Counted from the stretch's first letter, positions 1 through 11,245 are shown. The stretch is 64,000 nucleotides of DNA from Omnitrophica bacterium RIFCSPLOWO2_12_FULL_50_11 (GCA_001804315.1 MHFT01000050.1:4600-68599), one strand, 5' to 3'. Numbers and translations: made by a program. Notes: generated by a model not told the origin, from the letters alone.

Positions 1-945
1 CGGCACTTTGCGAGCGATCTGACCGTTCAGTACCGTTGGCTGGGCGCGTTGTTTGGCTTCTTCGGAGGTCTCGGAGTTGTCCTCGTTGATTTGTACTTCA
101 AGCGTCTGAGTGTCCGGAACATTCTTTCCATCCTGCTGGGAGCTTCCCTAGGGCTTTGGTTTAATTATTTACTCATGGGCGTCTTAGGCTACGTCCTGCC
201 GGAAACGGACATCCAACAGATTGGCATCGTAACGTCGCTCCTGTTTGCCTACTTGGGCGCGATTACGATTTTGCGCGGGCAGGATGAATTTAGTGTCATG
301 ATTCCTTTCGTCAAATTGTCGGCAAAAGGCGCCAAGGAAGATATCGTCCTGCTCGACACGAGCGTCATCATCGATGGACGCGTCGCGGATATTGCCGAAA
401 CCCAATTTCTCGGCGGGAAACTTTTTCTGCCGCGTTTTGTTTTAAAGGAGCTCCAGCTGATCGCGGACTCCTCCGACCCGCTGAAGCGGAATCGGGGCCG
501 GCGGGGACTCGATATTTTGAATCGGATGAAAAAAAGCCCAGCGGTCGAAATCAGGGTTCATGAAGCAGAGTATACAGATGTGACCACAGTTGATGCGAAA
601 CTGGTTCGGCTAGCGCAAGAGCTGGGGGGAAAACTTTTAACGAATGACTACAATCTGAATAAAGTCGCTGAGCTCCAGGGTGTCAAAGTGCTCAATATCA
701 ACGAACTGGCAAATGCCGTCAAGCCGATCGTCATTCCCGGTGAGATGATGCAGGTCCGAATTTTGAAAGAAGGTAAAGAACATGAGCAAGGAGTCGGCTA
801 TCTAGATGATGGAACGATGGTGGTGGTCGACAACGGGCGCCGTCGGATTGGGCAGACGGTTGCAGTCACGATTACGAGTGTTCTCCAAACGCAAGCTGGG
901 AGAATGATTTTTGCAAAACCAAGCGATGAATCAGCAGTTCATTAG
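1..945 (+). CDS. PIN/TRAM domain membrane protein (YacL-like), 5'-truncated by the window
   Basis: TM helices, then PIN motif [11 protein letters not shown] and [17 protein letters not shown]; usual position before ispD. Confidence 0.9.
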   Translation, partial: RHFASDLTVQYRWLGALFGFFGGLGVVLVDLYFKRLSVRNILSILLGASLGLWFNYLLMGVLGYVLPETDIQQIGIVTSLLFAYLGAITILRGQDEFSVMIPFVKLSAKGAKEDIVLLDTSVIIDGRVADIAETQFLGGKLFLPRFVLKELQLIADSSDPLKRNRGRRGLDILNRMKKSPAVEIRVHEAEYTDVTTVDAKLVRLAQELGGKLLTNDYNLNKVAELQGVKVLNINELANAVKPIVIPGEMMQVRILKEGKEHEQGVGYLDDGTMVVVDNGRRRIGQTVAVTITSVLQTQAGRMIFAKPSDESAVH

Positions 946-2134
946 CGTTATTGTCCCTGCGGCGGGGTCAAGTCGTCGGTTTCGGACTGGGCAGGTCCAG
1001 GACGGCGGATCCAAGATCTACGCGACTCTAGCCCGTGTGCCATTAATCGCACACGTTTTAGGTGTGTTCGACACCGTTCCTTCGGTGCGTGAGCTGCTCG
1101 TTGCACTGAACCGTGGGGACAAAAAGCGTTTTGAGCATGAAATTCTGTCTTTGAAACGGTTCCGGAAACCCCTCATCATCGTAGAGGGCGGAGCGACGCG
1201 GGCCGAGTCTGTTTTCAAGTGTCTCACGCGCGTCTCAGGGGCGAGCACACACGTATGTGTGCACGACGCCGTTCGTCCGCTCGTTGAGAAAGCGTGGGTC
1301 ACTGAGTTAATACGGTGTCTTGATGGTTACGACGGCATCGTGCTGGGCCGCCGCGTGGTACCGACCATCAAAGTGATTCGTCCGAACAAGGGAGAAATCG
1401 CGCGTACGCTTGACCGGACTCACTTGTTTGAAGCGCAAACGCCGCAGCTGTTTCCAAAGAAAGTTTTACTCAGGGCCTATCAGCTCTTGGGGCGACGAGC
1501 ATTTCATGCGACAGACGACGCTTCGTTGGTTGAGGCGGCTGGAGGACGTCTCAAGACCTTGACACATTCGAATTCCAATTTGAAAGTGACAACGTACCAA
1601 GATTTGGTCATGATTCGGAGTATTCTCGAAGAGACAGGTTCCCCCCGGCCGGCTTTCCGATTCGGGCTTGGGTTTGACCGGCATCGACTGGTTCTCAACC
1701 GCCCTTTTTACCTGGGTGGCGTACAAATTAATTCTACGGTCGGGCCTTTGGGGCATTCGGATGGGGACCCGCTGCTTCATGCGGTGACGGATGGAATCCT
1801 GGGCGCGATCGGTGCCGGCGACATTGGTGACTTTTTTCCCGATACGAGTCCGAGGTGGAAGAATGTGAGAAGCGATCGCTTCCTGAAGAAGGCGGTTGAA
1901 CTGGCTTCGAGACGAAAGTTTCAACCGTTTCAGGTGGATGCTACCATTTTTTTAGATCGTCCCAAATTGGGACCTGCAAAGAAAAAGATTCAGACACGAC
2001 TTTCCAAATTGCTTTCCATCCCGCTCGATCGTGTGGGTGTGAAAGCAAAAACGGCGGAAGGATCAGGTCCTGAAAGATTTGACACCGCCGTCTGGTGCCA
2101 TGCCTTAGTCGTTCTCAGTCCCGTCGATTCATGA
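911..2134 (+). CDS. ispDF: Bifunctional IspD/IspF
   Basis: [18 protein letters not shown] (IspD); GFDRH, HSDGD, DIGDFFP (IspF). Confidence 0.93.
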   Translation: MQNQAMNQQFISVIVPAAGSSRRFRTGQVQDGGSKIYATLARVPLIAHVLGVFDTVPSVRELLVALNRGDKKRFEHEILSLKRFRKPLIIVEGGATRAESVFKCLTRVSGASTHVCVHDAVRPLVEKAWVTELIRCLDGYDGIVLGRRVVPTIKVIRPNKGEIARTLDRTHLFEAQTPQLFPKKVLLRAYQLLGRRAFHATDDASLVEAAGGRLKTLTHSNSNLKVTTYQDLVMIRSILEETGSPRPAFRFGLGFDRHRLVLNRPFYLGGVQINSTVGPLGHSDGDPLLHAVTDGILGAIGAGDIGDFFPDTSPRWKNVRSDRFLKKAVELASRRKFQPFQVDATIFLDRPKLGPAKKKIQTRLSKLLSIPLDRVGVKAKTAEGSGPERFDTAVWCHALVVLSPVDS

Positions 2135-2277
2135 TCCCCCGCCACTTTCTAGTTTTTTTGATTGACGGCATGGTTAATGTCATTTGTTTCATTTCGGTAC
2201 GCTGGCTCACTTCCAAGAAAAGAAGTGGGGGTGATCCCCCACCACCTGGTTTCTTGCGTACGAGTGGTGGGGGATGA
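2132..2277. repeat. Two abutting CCCCACCAC-family palindromic elements
   Basis: gatcccccgccactttct...agaagtgggggtgatc, then atcccccaccac...gtggtgggggat; the right end supplies the gltX ATG. Confidence 0.8.
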
Positions 2278-3746
2278 ATACGGTTCGCGTTCGCTTTGCG
2301 CCATCGCCAACAGGACTTCTTCACATTGGCAACGTGAGGACAGCCCTCTTTAATTATTTGTTTGCCCGTCACGAGCAGGGAACGTTCATTTTGCGAATCG
2401 AAGATACCGATACGGAGCGCTCCGACCCGAAGTACAGCGACGCAATCATCCGAGACCTCCAGTTGCTGGAAATCCGATCAGACGAAGGCCCTTATTACCA
2501 GTCGCAGCGGCTTGAACTCTACCAAGAAGCGTTCGAGCGGCTCGAAAAACAGGAGCGGGTTTATTTCTGTTATTGCACGCGGGAGGAACTCGAAGCCAGG
2601 CGCCGGGAAGCACGTACCATGAAGCGGCCGCCGCGCTACGACAATCGTTGCCGGATACTTTCCGACCAAGAGCGCCGGCAACGGACGGCACAAGGCATTC
2701 GACCGACGGTTCGGTTTAAAGTCGAGGTAAAGGAACCGATTTTGATTCAGGACGTGATTCGTGGCGAGGTTTCCTTTGATCCAGGAGAAATGGGAGATTT
2801 CGTGATCATGCGTCCGGATCCTCAGGGAAAGGACCGGCTCCTTCCCACTTTTCATCTCTCTGTGTGTGTCGATGACGGCTTGATGGGAATTACGCATGTC
2901 ATTCGCGGGGAAGACCACCTGTCCAATTCACCGCGGCATGTTCTTTTATTTCAAGCACTTGGTTTTCGCGCGCCCGTCTTTGCGCACCTTTCCTTAATCC
3001 ATGGGCCAGGCGGCGAACCTTTGTCCAAGCGTTACGGCGCTTTGTCTGTGAGCGATTTTGTTCATGAGCAGGGTTATCTTCCTGAGGCGATTCGAAACTA
3101 TCTTGCGCTTCTCGGCTGGTCTCCTAAAGACAATCGAGAAGTCTTTGGCAGCCGGGAGCTGGAGGAGGTCTTCGACCTGAGAAATGCGACCCGCCACCCA
3201 GCCATTTTTGCGGAGCAGAAGCTCATGTGGATCAATAGCGAGCACCTGAAGCGTTTACCGGAAGAGGATTATCTCACGCGCGCATTTGACTTTCTCCAGC
3301 GGAAGGGGGTATCCGTTGAGGACAAAGATGCAGCGTTAGAAGTACTTCTGCGGCTTCAGAAGGACATTCACCGGTTTGACGAGCTTCCCCAGCTTTTTTC
3401 GTTTCTGTGTTCTGAGCAGATCTATGAAAAAAAACTTGAGGAGATCTTTGGTTCGAGAGGCGAAGTGCACGACGTTTTGGTAAGCGGTAGGAATGTCCTC
3501 GCGTCAGCGCACTCTGTGTTGAAGCGTTTGAACTCATCCGGAGAAACCTTATTTGAGGAATTGTTTCGTGAATTGAAAAAAGAAGTTTCCGAAAAGGGCA
3601 AGAAGCTCTATTTTCCCATCCGCGCGGCGCTCACCGGTGAGACCTGCGGGATGGAACTCAAGCAGGTTTTCGTTTTGTTAGACACGACGAGGATCGTGAA
3701 AAGATTAGACATGATTCTTCGCTTAATGAAGGGGTCAGTCCCCTAA
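2274..3746 (+). CDS. gltX: Glutamate--tRNA ligase
   Basis: RFAPSPTG, HIGN, RIEDTD, LSKR. Confidence 0.96.
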   Translation: MNTVRVRFAPSPTGLLHIGNVRTALFNYLFARHEQGTFILRIEDTDTERSDPKYSDAIIRDLQLLEIRSDEGPYYQSQRLELYQEAFERLEKQERVYFCYCTREELEARRREARTMKRPPRYDNRCRILSDQERRQRTAQGIRPTVRFKVEVKEPILIQDVIRGEVSFDPGEMGDFVIMRPDPQGKDRLLPTFHLSVCVDDGLMGITHVIRGEDHLSNSPRHVLLFQALGFRAPVFAHLSLIHGPGGEPLSKRYGALSVSDFVHEQGYLPEAIRNYLALLGWSPKDNREVFGSRELEEVFDLRNATRHPAIFAEQKLMWINSEHLKRLPEEDYLTRAFDFLQRKGVSVEDKDAALEVLLRLQKDIHRFDELPQLFSFLCSEQIYEKKLEEIFGSRGEVHDVLVSGRNVLASAHSVLKRLNSSGETLFEELFRELKKEVSEKGKKLYFPIRAALTGETCGMELKQVFVLLDTTRIVKRLDMILRLMKGSVP

Positions 3747-3995
3747 AAAGGGGACAGGTTGTCCTCTCCCCCTCTCCGCCGGAGGACGGACCCACTTCCG
3801 GCAGGCGGGCAGAGGAGATGACGTTGAGCATCCCTGAAAAGGGGAGATTATAGAACTCAAGTTATGATATGACTTACCTTTACGATGTTTTGGATGTGTG
3901 CCGAAATAACACAATTTTCGGTACGTACCGAAAATTGGCTGCATGAAAGGGACAGTCTTCTTTTTACTTTTTAGGGAAAAGATACCCTTCATTGT

Positions 3996-5459
3996 ATGAT
4001 TCGGTTTTTTAATACGCTTTCCGGGAAACTCGAAGAATTCCGCCCGCTTCACAACCATGAGGTGCGGATGTACACGTGCGGGCCAACGGTTTACGACTAT
4101 GCCCACATCGGAAATTTCAGGGCCTTTATCTTTGAGGACTTATTGCGGCGCTTTCTTGAATTTAAAGGTTTCAGCGTGAAGCACGTGATGAACATCACGG
4201 ATGTGGATGATAAAACCATTGCCGGAGCTCGTCGCGAGGGGAAAGCATTAGACGACTTTACCGGCGGCTACGTCCAAGCGTTTTTGGAAGATTTAACGAC
4301 CCTTAACATCTTGCGGGCAGCCGAGCTGCCGCGAGCGACTCGATGGATTCCCAAGATGGTTGCGCTTGTTGAAGAGCTGATTCAAAAAGGGATCGCCTAT
4401 GTCAACGACGGCTCGGTTTATTACCGAGTAAGCGCTTTCCCAACCTATGGGAAGCTGTCCAAGAAAAAGCTTGAAAAAAATATTTCCGGAGCCCGTGTGG
4501 ACGTAGACGAATATGACAAGGAAGAAGGTTCGGATTTTGCGCTTTGGAAAAAAGCAAAAGGAGGCGAACGGGCGTGGAATTCACCCTGGGGAGAAGGCCG
4601 CCCGGGCTGGCACGTGGAATGTTCGGCCATGAGCATGGAATATCTTGGCGAAACGTTTGACATCCACGCGGGGGGTGAAGATCTGATTTTCCCCCATCAT
4701 GAAAATGAAATTGCTCAATCAGAAGCAGCGACGGGCAAACCCTTTGTCCGATATTGGCTCCACTGTAAACATCTGCTCGTCAATGGTGAAAAAATGTCGA
4801 AAACGAAAGAGAATTATTACACGCTGCGCGATCTGGTTGGAAAAGGATATGACCCAATGGCGATTCGATATGCCCTTTTGTCGGTGCATTACCGAGCGCA
4901 GCTTAATTTTACGCTGGAGGGTCTCAAGGAAGCAGCCGAGGTGATTCGCCGCCTGGATGATTGTTACGCGCAATGTGTTTCGCTGAATACCAATTTGCGG
5001 GTCATGCTGGGGTCGCCCTTACTTAATCCAAATTTGGATTTGAAATCAAAACTGAATCACGTCCGTCGCGCTGTGGAATCAGCTTTTGAAGACGATCTGA
5101 ATGTTTCCAAAGCTTTGGCGAATGTGTTTGAAGGGGTGAGGGTCATTAATCGCGCCATTTCGGAGAATTTGACCGAACCGAGAAACGTACAGCCGTCGGT
5201 TGATTTTTTTAAGTTTGTGGATCAATTGTTTGGATTTGACATCGCTGCCTATGATTCGATCCCATCTCAAATCGTGAACCTAGTCATTGAACGCTGGAAA
5301 ATTCGTAACGACGCTAACTTTATGCGGGATAAAAGCTTGCAGGAAGTGTCAGACCGGTTGCGTGATCAGATTCAAGATGCAGGTGTACTCGTGAAAGACG
5401 GAAAACCGGGTGAGGCTTCGACGGTGAAAAGAAAGAGAAGAGCTTGGGATCAACCATGA
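3996..5459 (+). CDS. cysS: Cysteine--tRNA ligase
   Basis: CGPTVY, HIGN, GRPGWHVECS, KMSK. Confidence 0.97.
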   Translation: MIRFFNTLSGKLEEFRPLHNHEVRMYTCGPTVYDYAHIGNFRAFIFEDLLRRFLEFKGFSVKHVMNITDVDDKTIAGARREGKALDDFTGGYVQAFLEDLTTLNILRAAELPRATRWIPKMVALVEELIQKGIAYVNDGSVYYRVSAFPTYGKLSKKKLEKNISGARVDVDEYDKEEGSDFALWKKAKGGERAWNSPWGEGRPGWHVECSAMSMEYLGETFDIHAGGEDLIFPHHENEIAQSEAATGKPFVRYWLHCKHLLVNGEKMSKTKENYYTLRDLVGKGYDPMAIRYALLSVHYRAQLNFTLEGLKEAAEVIRRLDDCYAQCVSLNTNLRVMLGSPLLNPNLDLKSKLNHVRRAVESAFEDDLNVSKALANVFEGVRVINRAISENLTEPRNVQPSVDFFKFVDQLFGFDIAAYDSIPSQIVNLVIERWKIRNDANFMRDKSLQEVSDRLRDQIQDAGVLVKDGKPGEASTVKRKRRAWDQP

Positions 5460-5478
5460 GACGAACGTATCCTTCGCG

Positions 5479-6117
5479 ATGAAGCGTGGGGGTTACTTGA
5501 TTACTTTTGAAGGGGGAGAAGGAAGCGGAAAAAGTTCGCAGATCCGTTTTGCGGCTTCTTATGTTCGAGGCGAAGGGCGAAAAGCGCTCGTTGTTCGTGA
5601 GCCGGGCACAACGAAAATTGGTGAGCAGGTGAGAAAAATCTTGCTCAATCCGCGCCATCTGTCCATGGCCGTTGAGACAGAACTTTTTCTTTATCTGGCA
5701 GCGCGTGCGCAGCTCGTTCGTGAAGTGATTCGCCCCGCACTTCGAAGTGGAAAGGTGGTCATTAGCGATCGGTTCGAAGATTCTACGATCGCATACCAAG
5801 GATACGCCGGTGGGTTACCGCTCGTAGGAGTGCGGGGTCGTGTTCCTCGATTCATGGAGTTTGCGCGCGGTACCTTGGTTCCGGATTTGACCTTTTTTCT
5901 TGATGTTGAAGCGAGGAAGGGACTGCGGCGGAGCGGTCGGAAAGACCGGATGGAAAGGAAATCGGTCGGGTTTCACGAGCGCTTGAGACGAGGTTATTAC
6001 GCGATTGCCAGGAAAAACCGGAAGCGTTTTGTTGTCATTCCAAGCGGGTGTTCGAAGTCAGAGGTTCGAAAACAAATTCGGGCGGTCTTAGATCGTGTCT
6101 TCAGCAGGACTCGTTGA
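5479..6117 (+). CDS. tmk: Thymidylate kinase
   Basis: FEGGEGSGKS P-loop, REPG, DRF..S..AYQG. Confidence 0.95.
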   Translation: MKRGGYLITFEGGEGSGKSSQIRFAASYVRGEGRKALVVREPGTTKIGEQVRKILLNPRHLSMAVETELFLYLAARAQLVREVIRPALRSGKVVISDRFEDSTIAYQGYAGGLPLVGVRGRVPRFMEFARGTLVPDLTFFLDVEARKGLRRSGRKDRMERKSVGFHERLRRGYYAIARKNRKRFVVIPSGCSKSEVRKQIRAVLDRVFSRTR

Positions 6118-7111
6118 CCAGTACCTCTTGCATCGATTAACGGGGCAGATCGAACGGAGACAATTGAGTTCGACTTATCTGTTCACGGGCCCTGAGTCCG
6201 AAAAGAACAAGCAGCTGGCAATCGCGTTCGCACAAGCACTGAATTGTCCGCGAACTGAGCGTCCCGAGGCGCTGCCGTGCGGCTGCACTGTCTGTCGAAG
6301 GATTGAAGCAGGTGTCCATCCCGATGTGATGTGGTACGGGACCGATGAGGAGTCGAACGCAATCAAAATTTCCCAGGTGCGGGAATTTCGAAGTTTGCTT
6401 GCGTTAAAGCCCTTTGAAGGAAAAGTGAAGGTGTTCATTTTTAACGGTGCCGAACGCCTATCGAGTGAGGCCCAAAACGCGCTCTTAAAGAGTCTAGAAG
6501 AACCGCCGAGAGGGAACGCGATCGTTCTTTTGGTGCCGCAAGCAAACGTCCTTTTTGACACAGTCGTTTCCCGCGCCCTTGAAATTAAAGTACCGCCTTT
6601 TAAGACGGAAGAGATTCGAAACATCCTCGTCGAAGAAGGCGCGGCGGAAAAAGAAAGCGAGTTTTTAGCTCGGATGGCTCAGGGAAAGCTCGCCCGTGCC
6701 CGAGAAGCGCTTCAGGAAGGATGGTTTCACACTAAGAATCAGTGGCTCGATTCGCTCGTCAAAAACCCAATCGCCTTTCTGGACCAATTTGGCGAGTCCT
6801 CCCGCGGTCACATTTCGGTCGTCCTCGCGTTTTTGCTTGAGTGGCTGCGGGATGTTCTCGTTTTTGAGGTTTCGGGCGAGAGTGAATTTCTGGTCCATGC
6901 GGACCGGATCCGGCTCATCGAGTCGTACGCTGAGCGTTATCCGTTTGATTCCGTCTTGGAGCTGTTCGAACGAATCGAGGAGATTCGAAAGGCACTTCGA
7001 GATTACGGAAATCAAAAACTTGCGCTCACGCAGACTCAAATCTTGTGGGGTAAAGTGGTGGGGAATGATCCCCCACCATTTATTCTCAAGAAACCAGATG
7101 GTGGGGGATGA
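6095..7111 (+). CDS. holB: DNA polymerase III delta' subunit
   Basis: Zn finger C..CGCTVC, HPD, AQNALLKSLEEPP; follows tmk. Confidence 0.92.
   Translation: MSSAGLVDQYLLHRLTGQIERRQLSSTYLFTGPESEKNKQLAIAFAQALNCPRTERPEALPCGCTVCRRIEAGVHPDVMWYGTDEESNAIKISQVREFRSLLALKPFEGKVKVFIFNGAERLSSEAQNALLKSLEEPPRGNAIVLLVPQANVLFDTVVSRALEIKVPPFKTEEIRNILVEEGAAEKESEFLARMAQGKLARAREALQEGWFHTKNQWLDSLVKNPIAFLDQFGESSRGHISVVLAFLLEWLRDVLVFEVSGESEFLVHADRIRLIESYAERYPFDSVLELFERIEEIRKALRDYGNQKLALTQTQILWGKVVGNDPPPFILKKPDGGG
7054..7111. repeat. CCCCACCAC-family palindrome at the holB/metG junction
   Basis: gtggtgggga-atga-tcccccacca...tggtgggggatga; encodes the HolB C-terminus and the metG ATG. Confidence 0.8.
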
Positions 7112-8619
7112 GTAAGCCGTTTTACATCACGACCCCGCTTTATTATGTGAATGCGAAGCCGCATATTGGCCACGCGTATACGAATATTGTATGTGATACG
7201 TTTGCACGGTTTCACCGGTTTTTGGGTGAAGAGGTGCGGTTCATGACGGGCACCGACGAACACGGCACTAAAATTGACCGGGCAGCAAAGGACCAAGGCA
7301 AAGATGCAAAGGTCTATGTCGATGAAATGGTTCCGCTTTTTCAGAGCCTTTGGAACCTCCTTGGAATCCAGTATGACTACTTCATCCGGACGACCGATGA
7401 CAACCATCACCAAATCCTTCAAAATATTTTTAAAACATTGGAAGCGAAAGGTGATATTTATCGGGGAAAATACAAAGGTTGGTATTGCACGCCGTGCGAA
7501 TCTTTTTGGACCGAAACGCAGCTTGCGGAAGGCAAGTGTCCCGACTGTCACCGCGACGTCCAGCAGCTCGCAGAGGACAATTATTTTTTCAGACTTTCCA
7601 AGTATCAGTCATGGCTCGTGGGTTACCTCCGCGACTCGCCTAGGTTTGTCTGGCCGGAAACACGCAGGAATGAAATCTTATCGTTCCTCGAACGGCCGCT
7701 TGAAGATCTTTGCATTACTCGCCCTCGCGCACGTCTGACGTGGGGGATTGCGTATCCTTCGTCGCCTGAACACGTGGTTTATGTTTGGTTTGATGCGTTG
7801 GTGAATTATGTGAGCGGTGTCGCTTACTCGAAAGACATGAAACAATTTTCTCGATTTTGGCCGGCTGATCTGCACGTCGTGGGTAAAGACATTTTACGCC
7901 AGCACGCGATTTATTGGCCGATTATGCTGAAGGCGATTGACGTCGAGATGCCGCGGACCGTTTTGGCGCACGGATGGTGGACAATTGAGGGTTCGAAAGT
8001 GTCTAAGTCGAGAGGCAATGTTGTGGACCCGTTTGAGATCGTGAAGCGTTACGGGGCAGATGCATTCCGTTACTATCTGTTGCACGAAGCGAGGCTGGGA
8101 CTCGATGGTTCCTATTCAGAGGATTTACTGGTCGAGCGCTTGAACAGTGACTTGGCGGACGACTTGGGGAACCTCGTGCTGCGGGCGACCTCGATGCTCG
8201 AGCGGTACTTTAGTGGAAGGATTCCTGACGCGACAAGCTCCGCTACTCCTCTGCGCGGGAAACTAGCGAGCATGACCGATCTGGTCAAAAACGCGATGCT
8301 CGGTTTCCAGCCTTATGCAGCACTCGACGCAATTTGGGAAGTCGTGCGCGAAGCGAATCGTTTTGTCGAGCAGAATAAGCCTTGGGTCCTCGCCAAAGAA
8401 AATAAGAAAGAAGAACTGGGCAACTTCTTAGTCGGTTTACTCGAGACGGTTCGGCTTTTGGGCTTGGTCCTCACCTCTTTTCTGCCCTCTACTGCCGAGA
8501 AGATACTGAGTTCATTGGGAATCAACGGACGACCCAGCATCCAAGACATGCAGTGGGGATCCTTAAAAGCCGGCGTGCGCGTAGAGAAGGGCGTACCTTT
8601 GTTTCCGAAAGTTGAGTAA
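7108..8619 (+). CDS. metG: Methionine--tRNA ligase
   Basis: YYVNAKPHIGH, GTDEHG, YVWFDAL, KVSKS. Confidence 0.97.
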   Translation: MSKPFYITTPLYYVNAKPHIGHAYTNIVCDTFARFHRFLGEEVRFMTGTDEHGTKIDRAAKDQGKDAKVYVDEMVPLFQSLWNLLGIQYDYFIRTTDDNHHQILQNIFKTLEAKGDIYRGKYKGWYCTPCESFWTETQLAEGKCPDCHRDVQQLAEDNYFFRLSKYQSWLVGYLRDSPRFVWPETRRNEILSFLERPLEDLCITRPRARLTWGIAYPSSPEHVVYVWFDALVNYVSGVAYSKDMKQFSRFWPADLHVVGKDILRQHAIYWPIMLKAIDVEMPRTVLAHGWWTIEGSKVSKSRGNVVDPFEIVKRYGADAFRYYLLHEARLGLDGSYSEDLLVERLNSDLADDLGNLVLRATSMLERYFSGRIPDATSSATPLRGKLASMTDLVKNAMLGFQPYAALDAIWEVVREANRFVEQNKPWVLAKENKKEELGNFLVGLLETVRLLGLVLTSFLPSTAEKILSSLGINGRPSIQDMQWGSLKAGVRVEKGVPLFPKVE

Positions 8620-9407
8620 TGGCGTTTGTCGATACGCATGTTCATCTTCATTTTCCGGAGTTTCGATCTGAAATCGAGCAGGTCGTCCAAAGGGCGCGGG
8701 ACGCCGGCGTTCGCTGTTTGATTAATGTAGGAACGGATTTGGAATCTTCCAGGAGAGCAGTGGAGGTTGCGGAGCAGTACGATTTTGTTTTTGCAACGGT
8801 TGGCATTCATCCCCATGATGCAAAAGAAGCAACGTCCCGAACATGGAACGAAATCGCCAAGCTTGCCCAACATGACAAAGTGGTTGCGATTGGCGAAGTT
8901 GGACTCGACTTTTATCGGAATCTTTCGCCCAAAGAGGTTCAGAGACAGGTGTTCATACGGTTTATGGAATTGGCAACGCGAACGGACTTGCCGCTTGTCT
9001 TACATCTTCGCGATTCGTACGAGGAGGCCGTTGAACTCTTAGAAGCTCATATGAAACCGCCTATTCGAGCGGTGAGTCACTGCTTTTCGGCAACGATGGA
9101 AATCATGCAAAAACTTGTTCGATTGGGTCTCTACATTTCATTTGCCGGACCTGTTTCATATCCAAGGAACGAGGAGCTCCGTGAAGCTCTAGCGGCGTGT
9201 CCTGAGGATCGGCTCTTGCTCGAGACGGATGCGCCGTATTTGGCGCCGCAAGCGTTCCGGGGAAAGCGCAATGAGCCGGCGTACCTCGTCGAAACAGCCC
9301 GACGGATTGCCGACGTGAGGGGAATTTCACTTGACGAATTGGCAGAACGGACTTCTCAAAACGCGGGTGCACTCTTTGGACGGCGCTTCCAGACGGATAT
9401 GGTATGA
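8619..9407 (+). CDS. tatD: TatD family hydrolase
   Basis: DTHVH, GIHPH, GEVGLD, LLETDAP. Confidence 0.93.
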   Translation: MAFVDTHVHLHFPEFRSEIEQVVQRARDAGVRCLINVGTDLESSRRAVEVAEQYDFVFATVGIHPHDAKEATSRTWNEIAKLAQHDKVVAIGEVGLDFYRNLSPKEVQRQVFIRFMELATRTDLPLVLHLRDSYEEAVELLEAHMKPPIRAVSHCFSATMEIMQKLVRLGLYISFAGPVSYPRNEELREALAACPEDRLLLETDAPYLAPQAFRGKRNEPAYLVETARRIADVRGISLDELAERTSQNAGALFGRRFQTDMV

Positions 9408-10483
9408 AAACGATCATCGCTGAAATTAAGGAATTGTTTCGTGCCGAAAGGCTCTATTTTTACCTGCTCGTCGCTCTCGTGACGTTTTACGCGGTGATTC
9501 TGGTCGCAAGTCGAATGGCGCCGGATCAGCTTTCCCGCGCCGAACGCGGGCTCCAAATGAAGGAAGCCGTATGGAAGGAAACGCCGCAAGCGCCGCACGA
9601 GTTCCAGGCGCGATGGTCTGAGCGAGCAAAGGTTTCGTGGACGTTCAAGATTTCCAATTACCTTTTGATGGCGGCCATTGGTTTAGGAATTTGGCTGAGT
9701 TCGAAGGATCTCTATCAGTGGTATCTAAAAAAGGAAGTGATTCCCCCTTCGGCGAAATTCTTGAACATTGGATGGGGGATTTCAGAAGTGGTCAAGGTGG
9801 TGATTCTTTTCATTCTCTGCGGCACCGTCGTCAATATCGGATTCGTGATCGTCAAATTTCTGTATTTAGCTGCTGTGCCAGGTTCTATTTTAATTCTGGC
9901 TCAAGCGTTCGTATTGGACGTGATTGCTGTGTTCTTAATGGTTGGAGTCATTAGAAAACATGGTTCAGCACTCCGTGATTTACTGGGTTTTGACGTCTTG
10001 AATATTTCGCTCCGTGAAATTTGGCTGGGCGCTCGAACCTATTTTGTTATTCTCCCGATTTTTTTTGTTATGTTGATCCTTATGATCCTGGCAGCATCGT
10101 GGTTGAGGTACGAACCGCCGCCCCATCCACTGGTCGGCGTTTTTTTAAAAGAAGGACCTTTATCGCCGTGGCTGATCGCAGCTTCCATGCTGCTTGCTTG
10201 TTTCATTGGGCCTGTGGTGGAAGAGATCTTTTTTCGAGGTTTTCTCTATCCCGCTCTGCGGCGATACTGGGGCATCCCGTGGTCTATGGTGGTTACGGCT
10301 GGTTTATTCGCTGCGGTGCATGAGAATTTGTTCGCGTTTATTCCTATTTTCTTTTTGGGTCTCGTGCTCGCTTACCTTTATCAAAAACGGGATAACCTGG
10401 TTCCGTGCATATCGCTTCATGTCATGCACAACGTCGCGTTTATTACGTATTTCTTTTTAATTAAGAGCGCCCTGACAGGTTAG
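9404..10483 (+). CDS. CPBP (CAAX/Abi) intramembrane protease
   Basis: EEIFFRG, FAAVH, LHVMHN; multiple TM segments. Confidence 0.88.
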   Translation: MKTIIAEIKELFRAERLYFYLLVALVTFYAVILVASRMAPDQLSRAERGLQMKEAVWKETPQAPHEFQARWSERAKVSWTFKISNYLLMAAIGLGIWLSSKDLYQWYLKKEVIPPSAKFLNIGWGISEVVKVVILFILCGTVVNIGFVIVKFLYLAAVPGSILILAQAFVLDVIAVFLMVGVIRKHGSALRDLLGFDVLNISLREIWLGARTYFVILPIFFVMLILMILAASWLRYEPPPHPLVGVFLKEGPLSPWLIAASMLLACFIGPVVEEIFFRGFLYPALRRYWGIPWSMVVTAGLFAAVHENLFAFIPIFFLGLVLAYLYQKRDNLVPCISLHVMHNVAFITYFFLIKSALTG

Positions 10484-10511
10484 GAAGCGCGGGCCGCTTG
10501 GGATCTAGTGG

Positions 10512-11114
10512 ATGACTTGGATCGTTGGGATTTTTGTTTTTCTGATGAGCATGACGGTGCACGAAGCGTCACACGGGGCAGTCGCTTTTATTCGTGGCGA
10601 CCGAACCGCAAAAGATATGGGACGTTTGACGCTCAATCCGCTGCGGCACATCGATCTCTTCTGGACGGTTTTGTTTCCCGCGCTGCTCTTTGTATCTACG
10701 GCGGGACAGTTTGTGATTGGGATGGCGAAGCCAGTACCCGTCAACTTTGCCAACTTGTATCACCCGAAGCGCGATATGATTTGGGTCGCTTTGGCAGGTC
10801 CTGCGGCGAACATCATTTTTGCCGAATTCCTGCTCTGGGCGCTGCACCTGACCCATCTTCGGGTTTTCCTGCTCGGCGTATACTTTAATCTAGGTCTGGC
10901 GGTGTTTAATTTGCTGCCGATTCCACCCTTAGATGGTTCGCGTATCGCAGCGGGTGTTCTGCCGCGTCCGTGGGATCGCGAGTACCTCAAAATAGAACCA
11001 TACGGTTTTTTAATTGTACTTGTGCTTTATTTTACGGGTGCTTTATATGCGTGGGTGATTCCAGGGATTAACTTATTGGCGTCTTTTTTGGGGATCCCAA
11101 AGTTATATTTATGA
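10512..11114 (+). CDS. Site-2 protease, M50 family
   Basis: HEASH, AGP, FNLLPIPPLDG. Confidence 0.92.
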   Translation: MTWIVGIFVFLMSMTVHEASHGAVAFIRGDRTAKDMGRLTLNPLRHIDLFWTVLFPALLFVSTAGQFVIGMAKPVPVNFANLYHPKRDMIWVALAGPAANIIFAEFLLWALHLTHLRVFLLGVYFNLGLAVFNLLPIPPLDGSRIAAGVLPRPWDREYLKIEPYGFLIVLVLYFTGALYAWVIPGINLLASFLGIPKLYL

Positions 11115-11245
11115 TCCCCTTTTTGGGTCATCCCGAAATTCGCAAAATCCGAAAAACCCGAAAAAAAGAGAAAGAAAAAAGGAAGCGAAAAAAGAAAGAG
11201 AAAAACGGCTGCTATTTTCTCACCTTAAAAACCTAAGAAATTGGT

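Noticed and set aside
3747-3995. T-box leader between gltX and cysS
   Set aside because: No AGGGUGGNACCGCG motif or antiterminator; the region holds palindromes and AT-rich sequence
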